Shown: positions 32,774 to 45,917 of the stretch, in pieces
Numbering within the stretch: the stretch's first letter is position 1
Layout of the letters: each line of letters begins with the position of its first letter
Made by a program: the position numbers and the translations under genes
Origin: Macrostomum lignano
Taxonomy: Eukaryota
Length of the DNA stretch: 64,000 nt
Assembly: GCA_002269645.1 (NCBI GenBank)
Contig: NIVC01003924.1
Span: forward strand, 1 to 64,000
Direction of reading: 5' to 3'
The notes under the pieces: model-generated
Databases searched by the model: none
What the model was told of the DNA's origin: nothing
Seen by the model: the letters and a program-made list of their open reading frames with translations, nothing else

Positions 32774-34096
32774 ATGAACCATTTGCTTGGACCTGATATT
32801 GCTGCTCTTAAAAGTGAATTGTCGCTATTTGATCAAAGTCCTGTTCAGTTTAGTGTTTTGGATAATCGATATACTAACATTCAACCGCAACATGGTATTA
32901 CAAAAGGATCACCTATCGAATTTGAAGTTGTGCCTGCAGGCGATTTGTATTTGGATCTACAAGAAACTGTGCTCACGGTATGCTTCAGCGTTAGTGATAG
33001 TGAAGGTGAACCTATAGATGCAACGAAAAATTTTGTTTGTTTGAATAATTTGGTTATTGGAACATTGTTTGAGGACGTTCAATTTACTATTGGCGATACT
33101 GTAGTTGAAGGTGGTAGTTTTATGTATCCATACAAGGCTATGCTTCTTACATTACTGGAATATGGACATACAGCTCAGAAGGCTGGTTTACTGCCGTGGG
33201 GGTTTTACAAGGATACAGCTGGTAAAATGAATGCAACAAGTGAAAACGATGGACGAACAAAGAGGCAGGCGCTCATTGCTAACAATAGGCGGTGCACTGT
33301 ATCGGGGCCGTTATTCTTGGATTTGTTTCGTCAGCCTCGGTATCTACTATCAAAGACACCACTACGGATCAAGCTCATACCGGCAAAAAGTAAATTTGTC
33401 CTGAGCGGGTCAACATTAGAAGCTGGTGCGGTTTTAAAAGACTATGAGATCAAGTTTTTGCGTGCAGAACTACGATTGCGGTTTGTTCAACCCTCGCCGA
33501 GTGTTATCAGTGCACATGCTCATGGACTTAAAAGTCACAATGCATTATATCCGCACCGAAGTCTAAGCCTTGGTACGTTTACTATACCCCGAGGATCGTC
33601 TAGCCATACGCATGAAAATTTGTTTCCTAGTGGGGTACCACGGCTTTTATTGATGGCAATCGTAAGCAACAAGGCATTCAATGGAAGCATGGACACAAAT
33701 CCGTTCAACTTTGAGCATGCAAATGTGAGCAGCATTGGTGTGTTTGTGAATGGAGACTCGGTACCATCGCGTCCGCTGCAGACAAACTTTGGAGATGATT
33801 GTGTGACAGAGTATAATTTTTTGCTACAACAGCTTGGAATCTATCTACAGGGACGAGATATTGGATTTAATATGCTGGATTACGCCAATGGTTACTCAAT
33901 TTTTGCATTCAGTCTTGGAAGTGAACCTGGTGTCGGACGGGGAGTGCAACTGTATAAGGAAGGAAATGTAAAACTAGAGTTACGCTTCAATGCTGCAACT
34001 AGTACCGTGTACAACGTCATATTTGGAGGTATATTTGACAAGCAACTGCAACTGACTGAACTTCGCGACATTGTTCCTGGCACAGTATGGAAGTAA
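32774..34096 (+). CDS. Major capsid protein (double jelly-roll, PY/hexon-like)
   Basis: KSELSLFDQSPVQFSV...PIEFEV...YLDLQETVL N-terminus; LDLFRQPRYLL, FNGSMDTNPFNFEH and YANGYSIFAFSL motifs; 440 aa intact. Confidence 0.93.
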   Translation: MNHLLGPDIAALKSELSLFDQSPVQFSVLDNRYTNIQPQHGITKGSPIEFEVVPAGDLYLDLQETVLTVCFSVSDSEGEPIDATKNFVCLNNLVIGTLFEDVQFTIGDTVVEGGSFMYPYKAMLLTLLEYGHTAQKAGLLPWGFYKDTAGKMNATSENDGRTKRQALIANNRRCTVSGPLFLDLFRQPRYLLSKTPLRIKLIPAKSKFVLSGSTLEAGAVLKDYEIKFLRAELRLRFVQPSPSVISAHAHGLKSHNALYPHRSLSLGTFTIPRGSSSHTHENLFPSGVPRLLLMAIVSNKAFNGSMDTNPFNFEHANVSSIGVFVNGDSVPSRPLQTNFGDDCVTEYNFLLQQLGIYLQGRDIGFNMLDYANGYSIFAFSLGSEPGVGRGVQLYKEGNVKLELRFNAATSTVYNVIFGGIFDKQLQLTELRDIVPGTVWK

Positions 34097-34650
34097 TTGA
34101 TTCTATCCTAGATCGTGGTGTAACAGATCGCTTCCTTCGCAATGTTGTATCGAAATTGTGCGCACATTTTTTAAATGTTGTATTTCTTGGTGTTTTTCCT
34201 CAAAACTTTGTTGGTGGACTTAGACGCTTACCTTTAGACGGTAAAGACTATTTTTTTATCGTTAATACTGACGTCTCCAACCTGCCCGGAAAACATTGGG
34301 TATGCGTTTGGGTTTATGGTCATCGAGCAGGTCGCGGTAGCAAACGACTTGGTGAATATTTTGATTCTCTTGGTCTAGTACCATTGCCAAGAATAGCAAA
34401 ATGGCTAGGAAAAGAATGTGGAAATTCGAAAAATTGGTGTTATAGTCGCTTTGCTATCCAAGACCCACAGAGTGGAAGTTGTGGATTTTGGGTAATTTTT
34501 TATATTTTTCATAAGTTGACTACCAGAGGAAACCTAGAGTGTTTTATTCGAAGCGTTTTTAAACGGAATATAATTCGCACTGGTTCGTTTCGATACTTGT
34601 ATGCTAAATTACGCAATTTTGTTTTACGAGTGCTGCCTCAATATTTGTAA
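34087..34650 (+). CDS. Adenain-like (Ulp1-fold) maturation cysteine protease
   Basis: VNTD...GKHWV (His), YFDSLG (Asp), IQDPQSGSCG (Gln, Cys) catalytic residues are intact. Confidence 0.93.
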   Translation: MEVIDSILDRGVTDRFLRNVVSKLCAHFLNVVFLGVFPQNFVGGLRRLPLDGKDYFFIVNTDVSNLPGKHWVCVWVYGHRAGRGSKRLGEYFDSLGLVPLPRIAKWLGKECGNSKNWCYSRFAIQDPQSGSCGFWVIFYIFHKLTTRGNLECFIRSVFKRNIIRTGSFRYLYAKLRNFVLRVLPQYL

Positions 34651-34884
34651 ACTCGCTAATTTGTGCGTCAAATTGTGTTTGTATCTAGTTGAAATATACA
34701 ATACTGCTTGAAAAGAAGAATTTAAATGCGTTAAGTTATACGCGAAATAAGCTTTGTGTCAAATTGAATTTTGGTTGGGCTTGTAATTAGCTGCATTCAT
34801 TGCGGATAGAATTTAGGTGGATAGACAGGTGTTTGCGTAAAAGTGATTCAGCTAATTGGTTAATTCATTGCGTAAAAGCTAGTT

Positions 34885-34988
34885 TGCGTGCACGGCAAAT
34901 TTCAGACTCTGCCATTTTTTTGGGCCTGTACTTACTATGTATTTCGCCATAAGGAAATCGGCTTTGTGTCAAAAAAACGTATACTACT
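34885..34988 (-). repeat. Right terminal inverted repeat (104 bp)
   Basis: TGCGTGCAC...CGTATACTACT, inverted copy of 20260-20363. Confidence 0.97.
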
Positions 34989-35054
<66 letters not shown>

Positions 35055-35059
35055 GACTG

Positions 35060-35154
<95 letters not shown>

Positions 35155-35181
35155 GACTAACTAACTAACTAACTAACTAAA

Positions 35182-35225
<44 letters not shown>

Positions 35226-35269
35226 AAACAAACAAACAAACAAACAAACAAACAAACAAACAAACAAAC

Positions 35270-35354
<85 letters not shown>

Positions 35355-35355
35355 G

Positions 35356-35414
<59 letters not shown>

Positions 35415-35415
35415 G

Positions 35416-35461
<46 letters not shown>

Positions 35462-35533
35462 CAACTAACTAGTTAACTAACTAAGTAACTGACTAACTAA
35501 CTAACAAACAAACAAACAAACTAACAAACTAAC

Positions 35534-35618
<85 letters not shown>

Positions 35619-35619
35619 G

Positions 35620-35653
<34 letters not shown>

Positions 35654-35700
35654 CAACTAACTAGTTAACTAACTAAGTAACTAACAAACTAACTCATTGA
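34989..35700. repeat. (AACT)n/(AAAC)n microsatellite, right part of the insertion target
   Basis: About 700 bp of AACT with AAAC and GACT variants abutting the right TIR. Confidence 0.97.
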
Positions 35701-36229
35701 AGGACTGACTGACTGAAAATAGTTAGTGCTTGCAGTCAGTCACACTTATTCTATAATATCTGCATCTATTTAGCGAGAAAAGAAGTGCACAGACATGAAC
35801 TCCCAGCCGGAGAGCCAAACCTGAACAGCTTGACTGAGGGGTCGGAAGGCAATAAAAGCTGCCAATATACAATAAATATCGCTCGCATCCGCACGGGGAT
35901 GGCTGCTCCCCATTTGTTGGTGAATGCAATCGCAAGGCGGGGGAGGCCGGCAGCTCAGCTCACTGTAACTAATACCTGCACAATGGGGAGTTCTGTAGGT
36001 GAGCAGTCTAGCGTGATCCCAGCCTCACTGACTTCCACTGCTGCTCCACTGCCTCACCTGGCTGTATAGGACAGGGACATGGAGAAAGGAGGGAGAAGAC
36101 AGATTGCTGTCAGGTTGATTTTAATTTTTAAGCAACGATCGGAACTAAATTGCGAATTTCAGTGCACTTTAACTTTGTTTACTCCATTGTGTCTAACAGA
36201 TATGAAAACTTGTAGAATTACAGCTGAGA

Positions 36230-37235
36230 GAAACCCAGCCAGGGGAATCCAGCCAGAAGGAATCCAACCAGGCGGAATCCAGCCAGGGGGAATCCAGCCA
36301 GGGGGAATCCAGCCAGGGGGAATCCAACCAGGGGGGAATCCAGCCAGAAGGAATCCAACCAGGGGGAATCCAGCCAGGGGAATCCAGCCAGGGGGAATCC
36401 AGCCAGGGGAAATCCAGCCAGGGGAATCCAGCCAGGGGGAATCCAGCCAGGGGGAATCCAGCCAGGGGGAATCCAGCCAGGGGGAATCCAGCCAGGGGGA
36501 ATCCAGCCAGGGGGAATCCAGCCAGGGGGAATCCAGCCAGGGGGAATCCAGCCAGGGGGAATCCAGCCAGGGGGAATCCAGCCAGGGGGAATCCAGCCTG
36601 AAGGAATCCAACCAGGGGAATCCAGCCAGAAGGAATCCAACCAGGGGGAATCCAGCCAGGGGGGAATCCAACCAGGGGAATCCAGCCAGAAGGAATCCAA
36701 CCAGGGGGGAATCCAGCCAGGGGGAATCCAGCCATGGGGAATCCAGTCACAAGAAACGCAGCCACAAGAAACGCAGCCACAAGAAACCCAGCCACAAGAA
36801 ACCCAGCCACAAGAAACCCAGCCACAAGAAACCCAGCCACAAGAAACCCAGCCACAAGAAACCCAGCCACAAGAAACCCAGCCACAAGAAACCCAGCCAC
36901 AAGAAACCCAGCCACAAGAAACCCAGCCACAAGAAACCCAGCCACAAGAAACCCAGCCACAAGAAACCCAGCCACAAGAAACCCAGCCACAAGAAACCCA
37001 GCCACAAGAAACCCAGCCACAAGAAACCCAGCCACAAGAAACCCAGCCACAAGAAACCCAGCCACAAGAAACCCAGCCACAAGAAACCCAGCCACAAGAA
37101 ACCCAGCCACAAGAAACCCAGCCACAAGAAACCCAGCCACAAGAAACCCAGCCACAAGAAACCCAGCCACAAGAAACCCAGCCACAAGAAACCCAGCCAC
37201 AAGAAACCCAGCCACAAGAAACTCAGTCACAAGAA
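36230..37235. repeat. Two adjacent 15-bp arrays (GGGGAATCCAGCCAG, then AAGAAACCCAGCCAC)
   Basis: Abrupt switch of unit type at ~36745; the units share a CCAGCCA core. Confidence 0.95.
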
Positions 37236-38821
37236 GCGCAGAGCAGTGCAGTTTCAAAGCTATGATTAACACACAGTAGAAGTGAGAACTGGACAAAGAT
37301 GGAATGCAGAAAGCCACAGATTTTTATCGAGGGTCTCTGGCAGCGATCGCTGACTCAATTGGGCGTTGCAGCTTCTTCAACTACTACGCTATAATACTTC
37401 ATCACCCGGGCAAGCTGCGAAATGATTACGTCACCACCGCTTGCTTCTGCTAGTAGATGGAGAAGAAATCTCGGCAGCAATTCATAGCTAGCTTGAGTTC
37501 TGCTCCGGGCTCGAACCCCAACCGCGATCAGACAAGCGATTTGATTGATCGCTGCGAGTTTTATTTGCTGTTCCTCACTTTCAACCCTAGTGGGAGTTTA
37601 TCCCAATAATTCCCAACAAGTGCCTGTAGTCGGCCCAGAACTGCAGAACTGCGGAAATTATAAAAATATAGAATTCTGCGAGGTCAACTAACCGACTGCT
37701 CGCTATAACCTTTGACCTGCCGCAATCTTTTGTCTTCCAGAAGCAAGACGGATGAAAGGATGAATTAAAATTTCCACCAAGATAATTATTGCTTGATTGA
37801 AAGGGTCTATTTTTAGTTTTGCCTTGCGTGAAAAGTCAAATCAATAATAATTGTTACCTGCCAGCGACCGCATGTCAAAGCGAGTCAGGGGGGAGGGGGG
37901 TCGCCTTTTTCCGCCGAAAGAATTCACTATTTTAATATAATAAGATTGCAGGGTGAACCTCCGGGCTTTTGCCTCGTAAAACTTGATGAAGGAGAAAATT
38001 TGAGCAGGCAATGAAGGGTTGAGCAGTTAGGCAGGGAGACTGTCTGAGGGCAACATGCTTGAGGGCTCACCGATCCGCTTTGACATGAGAGGCGGACAGG
38101 ACAGCGATCAGGAAGTCAATCAGGACTGCCTCCCAGGCTCTCCCCCATCCAGCAATACCTTTTTTGGCCCCCCACCCATGCCTTCTTCCTTCTTGTCCCC
38201 TTTGTGCAGACCAGTTTCAACGCCAGGGGATCTGATCAAATTCTCCATGGTGTTTAACATCGGAGGGGACGGCTTTGGCTCAGCAAAATGCAGCCGTTCA
38301 TTCATATCAAAAAGCATGTTAACAAATATGTACGCGAACCACAAGCCATTATCCTCGCGCTAGAGCATCAATCTGCTGAACCCTCGAGGCCTCTGATAAT
38401 CATCTGCCGATATCGCGAAGGAAATAAAAAAATGAAGCAAGAAAAAGCTGGTATTTGGAGGAAACTGCTGTTGTAGAATAATAGTGCAGCAATGCATCGT
38501 GTCTGGAGGGAATTGGGATTGGGAAAGCTGTTTCGTCGCGTCTCATTAACAGGAGAACTGCGTCTTTTTTTTAATTGGCTTTCTGCCGCTCGGCGCAGCT
38601 GGGAACTTCTTCTGCAGAGGCCAGATTAAATTCAGCTTAGCGATTTGGGGCAGCGAAATCCCAGCGTCACGCTCCGGGATGAGAAGGGAAGGGAAAAGGG
38701 AAATTGGACTGACTAGGAAAATCAGGTGTTGTTTTTGTGTTTTCGGAGTAATTAATTCCTGGGGAAAATGAGGCTGTTGGAACCTGCCGAATGTTTCCCA
38801 ATTTACAGAAGCAAAATCCAC

Positions 38822-40030
38822 TCGGGAACCAATCTATAGATGCGGGAACCAATCTATAGATGCGGGAACCAATCTATAGATGCGGGAACCAATCTATAGA
38901 TGCGGGAACCAATCTATAGATGCGGGAACCAATCTATAGATGCGGGAATCAATCTATAGATGCGGGAACCAATCTATAGATGCGGGAACCAATCTATAGA
39001 TGCGGGAACCAATCTATAGATGCGGGAACCAATCTATAGATGCGGGAATCAATCTATAGATGCGGGAACCAATCTATAGATGCGGGAACCAATCTATAGA
39101 TGCGGGAACCAATCTATAGATGCGGGAACCAATCTATAGATGCGGGAACCAATCTCTAGATGCGGGAACCAATCTATAGATGCGGGAACCAATCTCTAGA
39201 TGCGGGAACCAATCTATAGATGCGGGAACCAATCTATAGATGCGGGAACCAATCTATAGATGCGGGAACCAATCTATAGATGCGGGAACCAATCTATAGA
39301 TGCGGGAACCAATCTATAGATGCGGGAACCAATCTATAGATGCGGGAACCAATCTATAGATGCGGGAACCAATCTATAGATGCGGGAACCAATCTATAGA
39401 TGCGGGAACCAATCTCTAGATGCGGGAACCAATCTATAGATGCGGGAACCAATCTCTAGATGCGGGAACCAATCTATAGATGCGGGAACCAATCTATAGA
39501 TTCGGAAACCAATCTATATATGTGGGAACCAATCTATAGATGCTGGAACCAATATATAGATGCGGGAACCAATCTATAGAAGCGTGAACCAATCTATGAA
39601 TGTTACAACCAATCTATAGATGCGGGAACCAATCTATAGATGCGGGAACCAATCTATAGATGCGGGAACCAATCTATAGATGCGGGAACCAATCTATAGA
39701 TGCGGGAACCAATCTATAGATGCGGGAACCAATCTATAGATGCGGGAACCAATCTATAGATGCGGGAACCAATCTATAGATTCGGAAACCAATTTATAGA
39801 TGCGGGAACCAATCTATAGATGCTGGAACCAATCTATAGATGCGGGAACCAATCTATAGAAGCGTGAACCAATCTATGAATGTTACAACCAATCTATAGA
39901 CGCGGGAACCAATCTATAAATGTTAGAACCAATCTATAGATGCGGGAACCAATCTATAGATACGGGAACCAATCTATAGATGCGTGAAACAATCTATAGA
40001 TGCATCTATAGATGTTGGAACCAATCTATT
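38822..40030. repeat. 20-bp satellite (~60 copies)
   Basis: GATGCGGGAACCAATCTATA units. Confidence 0.97.
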
Positions 40031-41165
40031 AACGCGGGAACCAATCTGGAACTAATATATAGACGCTGTAGCCATCCCATATACCATTCAATACTAGAAT
40101 ATCCATTAAATTCTCTGCTTCGGTTAACTAATAGCCCCAAAAAAGCATTCTCCGCAACCACCATCCCTCACCACCACCCACTGCGAACCGCGAGCCGTTC
40201 TCTTTGAAATTCATTCTGATATAGAAATTATTTTCTCAACCGAAAAAAAGTTTTTTTTTCTCCCACGACTCACTTGAACCCGTGGCAAATAGAAATTGAG
40301 AAGTAAAGAGGAAAAACGTCCTCTCCAAAGCTCCCTGGCTTTGTACAGTTACGTCATAATTTGCTCTGCCCAGAAATAATTATATCCTACACGCCAGTTT
40401 TACCCCCCCCCCGTTTGCCCGACTGGCTCTTCTCATCTTGATTGCCACAGTGTTATCCTACGGATTTTGCTCAGGCTCTTGGTGGCCTGGCAAGGGATAA
40501 TTCTCCCACGAAGAGAGTTAATCGAAGCGGCTCAGGGTTCGAAGGTTTCTCCTCCACCCCCCCTGCTGCTTCATCATTCAAGCTTTCAAAATTCCCTCCC
40601 CCCTGCGTAAACATGCCGATTCCACAGCGCCGATATGTCTCAACTCAGCACTGACCGGGCCCCAACCTGAGCAGCCACATCTGAGCAAACTTATCCAGCT
40701 ATTGGCCGCTGACAAACAGAACCTGAGACATTGGCCAATTAACGCAGCTGCTCATTCACTGCAGTTGCTCAATCCCTGCTGAGAGGCTGTGGAGGCGGGG
40801 ACGCGGGTGATAGAGACACTTGCCCTAAGATAGACGAGAGTTGCCAGCTTAAAATTCGTGCCTCAGAAACTGCGGGAGATCGGCCTTAGCAACGCTGCAC
40901 AATCAGAATGGCGAATCAACTCTCTCCGACAAGTTGATGGACCTCTGGGTTCTCCAACGCAGGGCCCGCGGGCGAAAGCTAATGGACCGCATTTATGATA
41001 GATATTTTTTCAACAAGCCGACTGGGGATTTCCGCTTCAAAGTGCAGGAATAATGCAGCGAAGATTAAAGCGCCTAAAGGCCCTAGCAACTGGCAAAGTT
41101 GAGTAGCCCGCACTTCTCTTAAGCCGATGTCAGTTAGAGAGTACTCCGAAATGGGTAAGCGACGC

Positions 41166-41620
<455 letters not shown>

Positions 41621-43419
41621 GGGCAAGCGTAGACATGAGAAGTGCATGCTAGGCTAAAAGTGGCTGGTTAAAATCTACTGCGTTCAACTGTTAGCGAATA
41701 TTCGATGGCTTCGAAGTAGCAAAGGTGAGTATTTGATACACAGTTCTACTGTTTAGTATACTGACTCAGCTGAGCAGAAACAATTTTTTGACTAAAATAT
41801 ATTCAAAAGTGAGTCGGTGGGCCCGATCCACCTGCGTCATGAAAATGAGAGTTGAGAATCAAAATGAAAACCGAAAACAAGGCTTACACGATCCACGTGT
41901 TTCAAAGCCAATATTATAACCCAAAATCTGCTTCTAGGAGTTGACTGACAGTTGCTCGTAGGAAATTGCGCAACTGTTATTGTTGCGGTTATGGTGAGGA
42001 GGAAACGCATACGACCAGCAGAAGAATTTCCCCCCAGCTTCCCCTCCCCATCCCAGTCCAGCTCCATCCGCGAAAGTCATTCAATATTTATGCGTTTTTT
42101 CCTGGTTGAGAAGTGGAAGGTGGAGCTGGAGGACTCCAGGCCTTATAGCTCACATTAGAGCTGGCGCCCTGTGGCGGTAGTGCGATGAGAGGCCGATATG
42201 AGGCAGTTCAGGCAGCTCATTGCTACTCAATTCAGACTTTGTAGCCAGTAAAAACAATTCTTTACACTCACACACACACACACACACACCGCCCAAACAC
42301 CCACAGAGAACAGTTCCCCAAAGCGGGCGCAGGCTCCGGTTTATCTGGCTGCGGGATCGGAACCCCTGCAACGGCCCAGGCCGGTGACTTCCACCAGCAG
42401 CAGCCCCTCCCTCACCATACCAAACAGCAGCGGGGGGCACCTTGGCAACTATGGAAGCTGCAAAGCTCAGGCTGCATGTATTTGTTAAAACCAGTGCCTT
42501 TCCCTACCAGCTAGAATAAAATCATTCTATCATTGCTATTGAATTTTACTATTTTTTATTACAAGTTTCAGTATGAGCTTGCTGATTGAGACTCACCTCA
42601 CAGATGCTACTTTTTAATTTGACGGTCGTGTGGATCTTGCAGTCGAAAGTCGAACTCACTCTGTAAGCTGAGCTGTCGCAAATGGATTGCTAGACTAGTC
42701 GATCTAACTGGTTTTTGTTCAAACCAAGGTCCACCAGTGTCCCTAATAAGCCTCGCTTATTCCAGCGACACTTCTCCAATCTACAGCGTATATCTGCGTC
42801 GATGGAGGGAGCTTCTGATTGGTCAAGCCTGTCAACCAATGAGAAACGATCTAGGGGCATTTCGCTCCTTCCACTTCTCATCTCTTTACCTGACGATCGT
42901 TGATAGACCTATTAGTTTAAGCTGTTTACAAGCTGTATTCTCGCCTTCGTATTCTTTTCTTTGTCTTCGTGTACACCACTTCTGCATCGGAATCGAATGC
43001 ATGAATTCTGCTCATTATGCAAAGTCACCGCTGCGGCAATTTGCTTTCTATGAACTGAGTATAAAGAGAATATATTTAGGCATAGAAAAGCATTTAGAAG
43101 GATGTGCGTTTAAATAGGGCGCAAGCGGTGGCACGTGACCGAATGCCCACAGACATGCAATGCCGTCTCTGGGTGTCCCGTCTCGTGTTCCTCCAGTTCC
43201 AAGTTTGCATTGGAATTGAACCCCCGGTTCCTCAGGCAGTTTGGGCGGGCGGAGACGTCTGCAGAGGGTGTCCGATGTCTTTTCTCTTCTGCTCGCTCTT
43301 CCACTATCCCTCTCTGTTTCTAGGGTCCCTTTCTATGTCTGCGACCCCGCTACTCACTTATTATTCCAGTTGCGCAACTCCATTTTCTCCACTGGAGTCA
43401 CCTAGTCTATCCCCTCAGA

Positions 43420-44220
43420 AAACTCTCCACTCCCAATCTCTTCCCTCCCAATCTCTTCCCTCCCAATCTCTTCCCTCCCAATCTCTTCCCTCCCAATCTC
43501 TCCCCTCCCAATCTCTCCCCTCCCAATCTCTCCACTCCCAATCTCTCCCCTCCCAATCTCTTCCATCCCAATCTCTCCCCTCCCAATCTCTCCCCTCCCA
43601 ATCTCTCCCCTCCCAATCTCTCCACTCCCAATCTCTCCCCTCCCAATCTCTCCCCTCCCAATCTCTCCACTCCCAATCTCTTCCCTCCCAATCTCTCCCC
43701 TCCCAATATCTCCCCTCCCAATCTCTCCACTCCCAATCTCTTCCCTCCCAATCTCTCCCCTCCCAATCTCTCCACTCCCAATCTCTCCCCTCCCAATCTC
43801 TTCCCTCCCAATCTCTTCCCTCCCAATCTCTCCCCTCCCAATCTCTCCCCTCCCAATCTCTCCCCTCCCAATCTCTTCCCTCCCAATCTCTTCCCTCCCA
43901 ATCTCTCCCCTCCCAATCTCTCCATTCCCAATCTCTCCACTCCCAATCTCTCCCCTCCCAATCTCTTCCCTCCCAATCTCTTCCCTCCCAATCTCTCCCC
44001 TCCCAATCTCTCCCCTCCCAATCTCTCCCCTCCCAATCTCTTCCCTCCCAATCTCTTCCCTCCCAATCTCTCCCCTCCCAATCTCTCCCCTCCCAATCTC
44101 TTCCCTCCCAATCTCTTCCCTCCCAATCTCTCCCCTCTCAATCTCTTCCCTCCCAATCTCTCCCCTCCCAATCTCTTCCCTCCCAATCTCTTCCCTCCCA
44201 ATCTCTCCCCTACCAATCTT
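43420..44220. repeat. 15-bp minisatellite (CTCCCAATCTCTCCC)
   Basis: Directly visible in the sequence. Confidence 0.95.
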
Positions 44221-45149
44221 TACCCCTCCTTCTCTCTCTCCACTCCTCTCTCTCCTCCTCTCTCTCCCCTTCTTCTCTCTCCCCCTCCTTCTCTCATCTC
44301 TCCTTCTTTCTCCCTCCTCCTCATCTCTCCCCTCCTCATCTCTCACCTTCTTCTCTACCTCTCTCCCCTCTCCACTCCTCCGCCTTCAGTCAATTCACCC
44401 CATGGCTCCCTGCCTCCCCAGTACCGGAGCTACCGTCCTCTACACAGTTCCAATTCTCCAATGCTTTTGCCCACATTCAGTGAATTGAGAATATCAACCT
44501 CTAGAACGCGGAGACCCACAGCGCGTCCCCTGTCGCTCATCACAGTATGATAATAATTGCAGCTGATATTCAGAGCGATTGTACCGAAATAGATTTTCTC
44601 ATTTCATCGTTTTGTTTTGTTGTTTTTCATCGTCTCTCTCTCTCTCTCTCTCTCCGCAACAATTGCAGTTGAGCTCCGCCTCGGCGCTCCCGCAGGTGCT
44701 GTTTTTTGGCTTCTTCTTCTGCAGGGCGAATTGAATAATGATACGAGCTGCATGCCTAGGTTGATATGCAGTCAGATATACAGTAAGCTCACTACTCGCT
44801 TTCACTCGCGTTCTCGGTCCGCCAGTCACGCAAGAAACTTATTCACGGCGTAACTATGAAGGTGTGTAACTATTAAATTGCTGTCTCTGGAGAAAGTGCG
44901 CCAGGGCATATCAGATATCTTCGCATGAGTTAAACCGCGTGCAGCTATTGAATGCGAACTGTCTCACACCTGGAACACAAACCCTCATTGCTCATATATC
45001 TATATTGGCAAGTCAGTTTGCTTCAATGCAAGTTCCCTAGAACAGGGTACGGCAAACTCCGGCCCGCGAAGCGTCTCTATGCGGCCCTCGGTCCTTTGAA
45101 ACTTCACAATAGCAATCCGGCCCGCTCAAGGTTTGTCTGTTCTCAGCCC

Positions 45150-45917
45150 TCTTCTCTCTAATCTCCCCTATTTTTTCTCTCCTCTCTCCCCTCTCCTCTC
45201 TCCTCTCTCCTCTCTCCCCTCTCCTCTCCTCCCTTCTCCGCTCCTCCTCTCTCCTCTCTCCCCTCTCCTGTCTCCCCTCTCCTCTCCTCCCCTCTCCTCT
45301 CTCCCCTCTCCTCTCTCCCCTCTCCTCTCCTCCCCTCTCCGCTCCTCCCCTCCTCTCTCCTCTCCTCTCCTCTCCTCCCCTCTCCTCTCTCCCCTCTCCT
45401 CTCCTCCCCTCTCCGCTCCTCCCCTCCTCTCTCCTCTCCTCTCCTCCCCTCTCCGCTCCTCTCCTCTCCTCTCCTCTCCTCTCCTCTCCTCTCCTCTCCT
45501 CTCTCCTCTCTCCTCTCTCCCCTCTCCTCTCCTCCCTTCTCCGCTCCTCCTCTCTCCTCTCTCCCCTCTCCTGTCTCCCCTCTCCTCTCCTCCCCTCTCC
45601 TCTCCTCCCCTCTCCTCTCTCCCCTCTCCTCTCTCCCCTCTCCTCTCCTCCCCTCTCCGCTCCTCCCCTCCTCTCTCCTCTCCTCTCCTCCCCTCTCCGC
45701 TCCTCTCCTCTCCTCTCTCTCCTCTCCTCTCCTCTCCTCTCCTCTCCTCTCCTCTCCTCTCCTCTCCTCTCCTCTCCTCTCCTCTCCTCTCCTCTCCTCT
45801 CCTCTCCTCTCCTCTCCTCTCCTCTCCTCTCCTCTCCTCTCTCCTCTCCTCTCCTCTCCTCTCCTCTCCTCTCCTCTCCTCTCCTCTCCTCTCCTCTCCT
45901 CTCCTCTCCTCTCCTCT
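45150..45917. repeat. Polypyrimidine (CTCCT)n repeat
   Basis: Directly visible in the sequence. Confidence 0.95.

Larger units (their letters stand above)
20260..34988 (+). mobile_element. Polinton/Maverick (adintovirus-like) integrated element, 14.7 kb, PolB-defective
   Basis: TIRs start AGTAGTATACG and end CGTATACTACT; CTAACT flanks both ends (20254-20259, 34989-34994); encodes rve integrase, A32/FtsK-like ATPase, adenain-like protease, major and minor capsid proteins and a pPolB remnant. Confidence 0.96.

Noticed and set aside
20260-34988. Interpretation as a bacterial prophage or contaminant
   Set aside because: It has Polinton TIRs and TSD, a spliceosomal intron and a chromodomain integrase, and is continuous with animal genes and satellites.
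36079-37317. Long repetitive ORFs (GIQPG/SSQGE/KKPSH and reverse frames)
   Set aside because: Products of 15-bp tandem arrays that are open in several frames.
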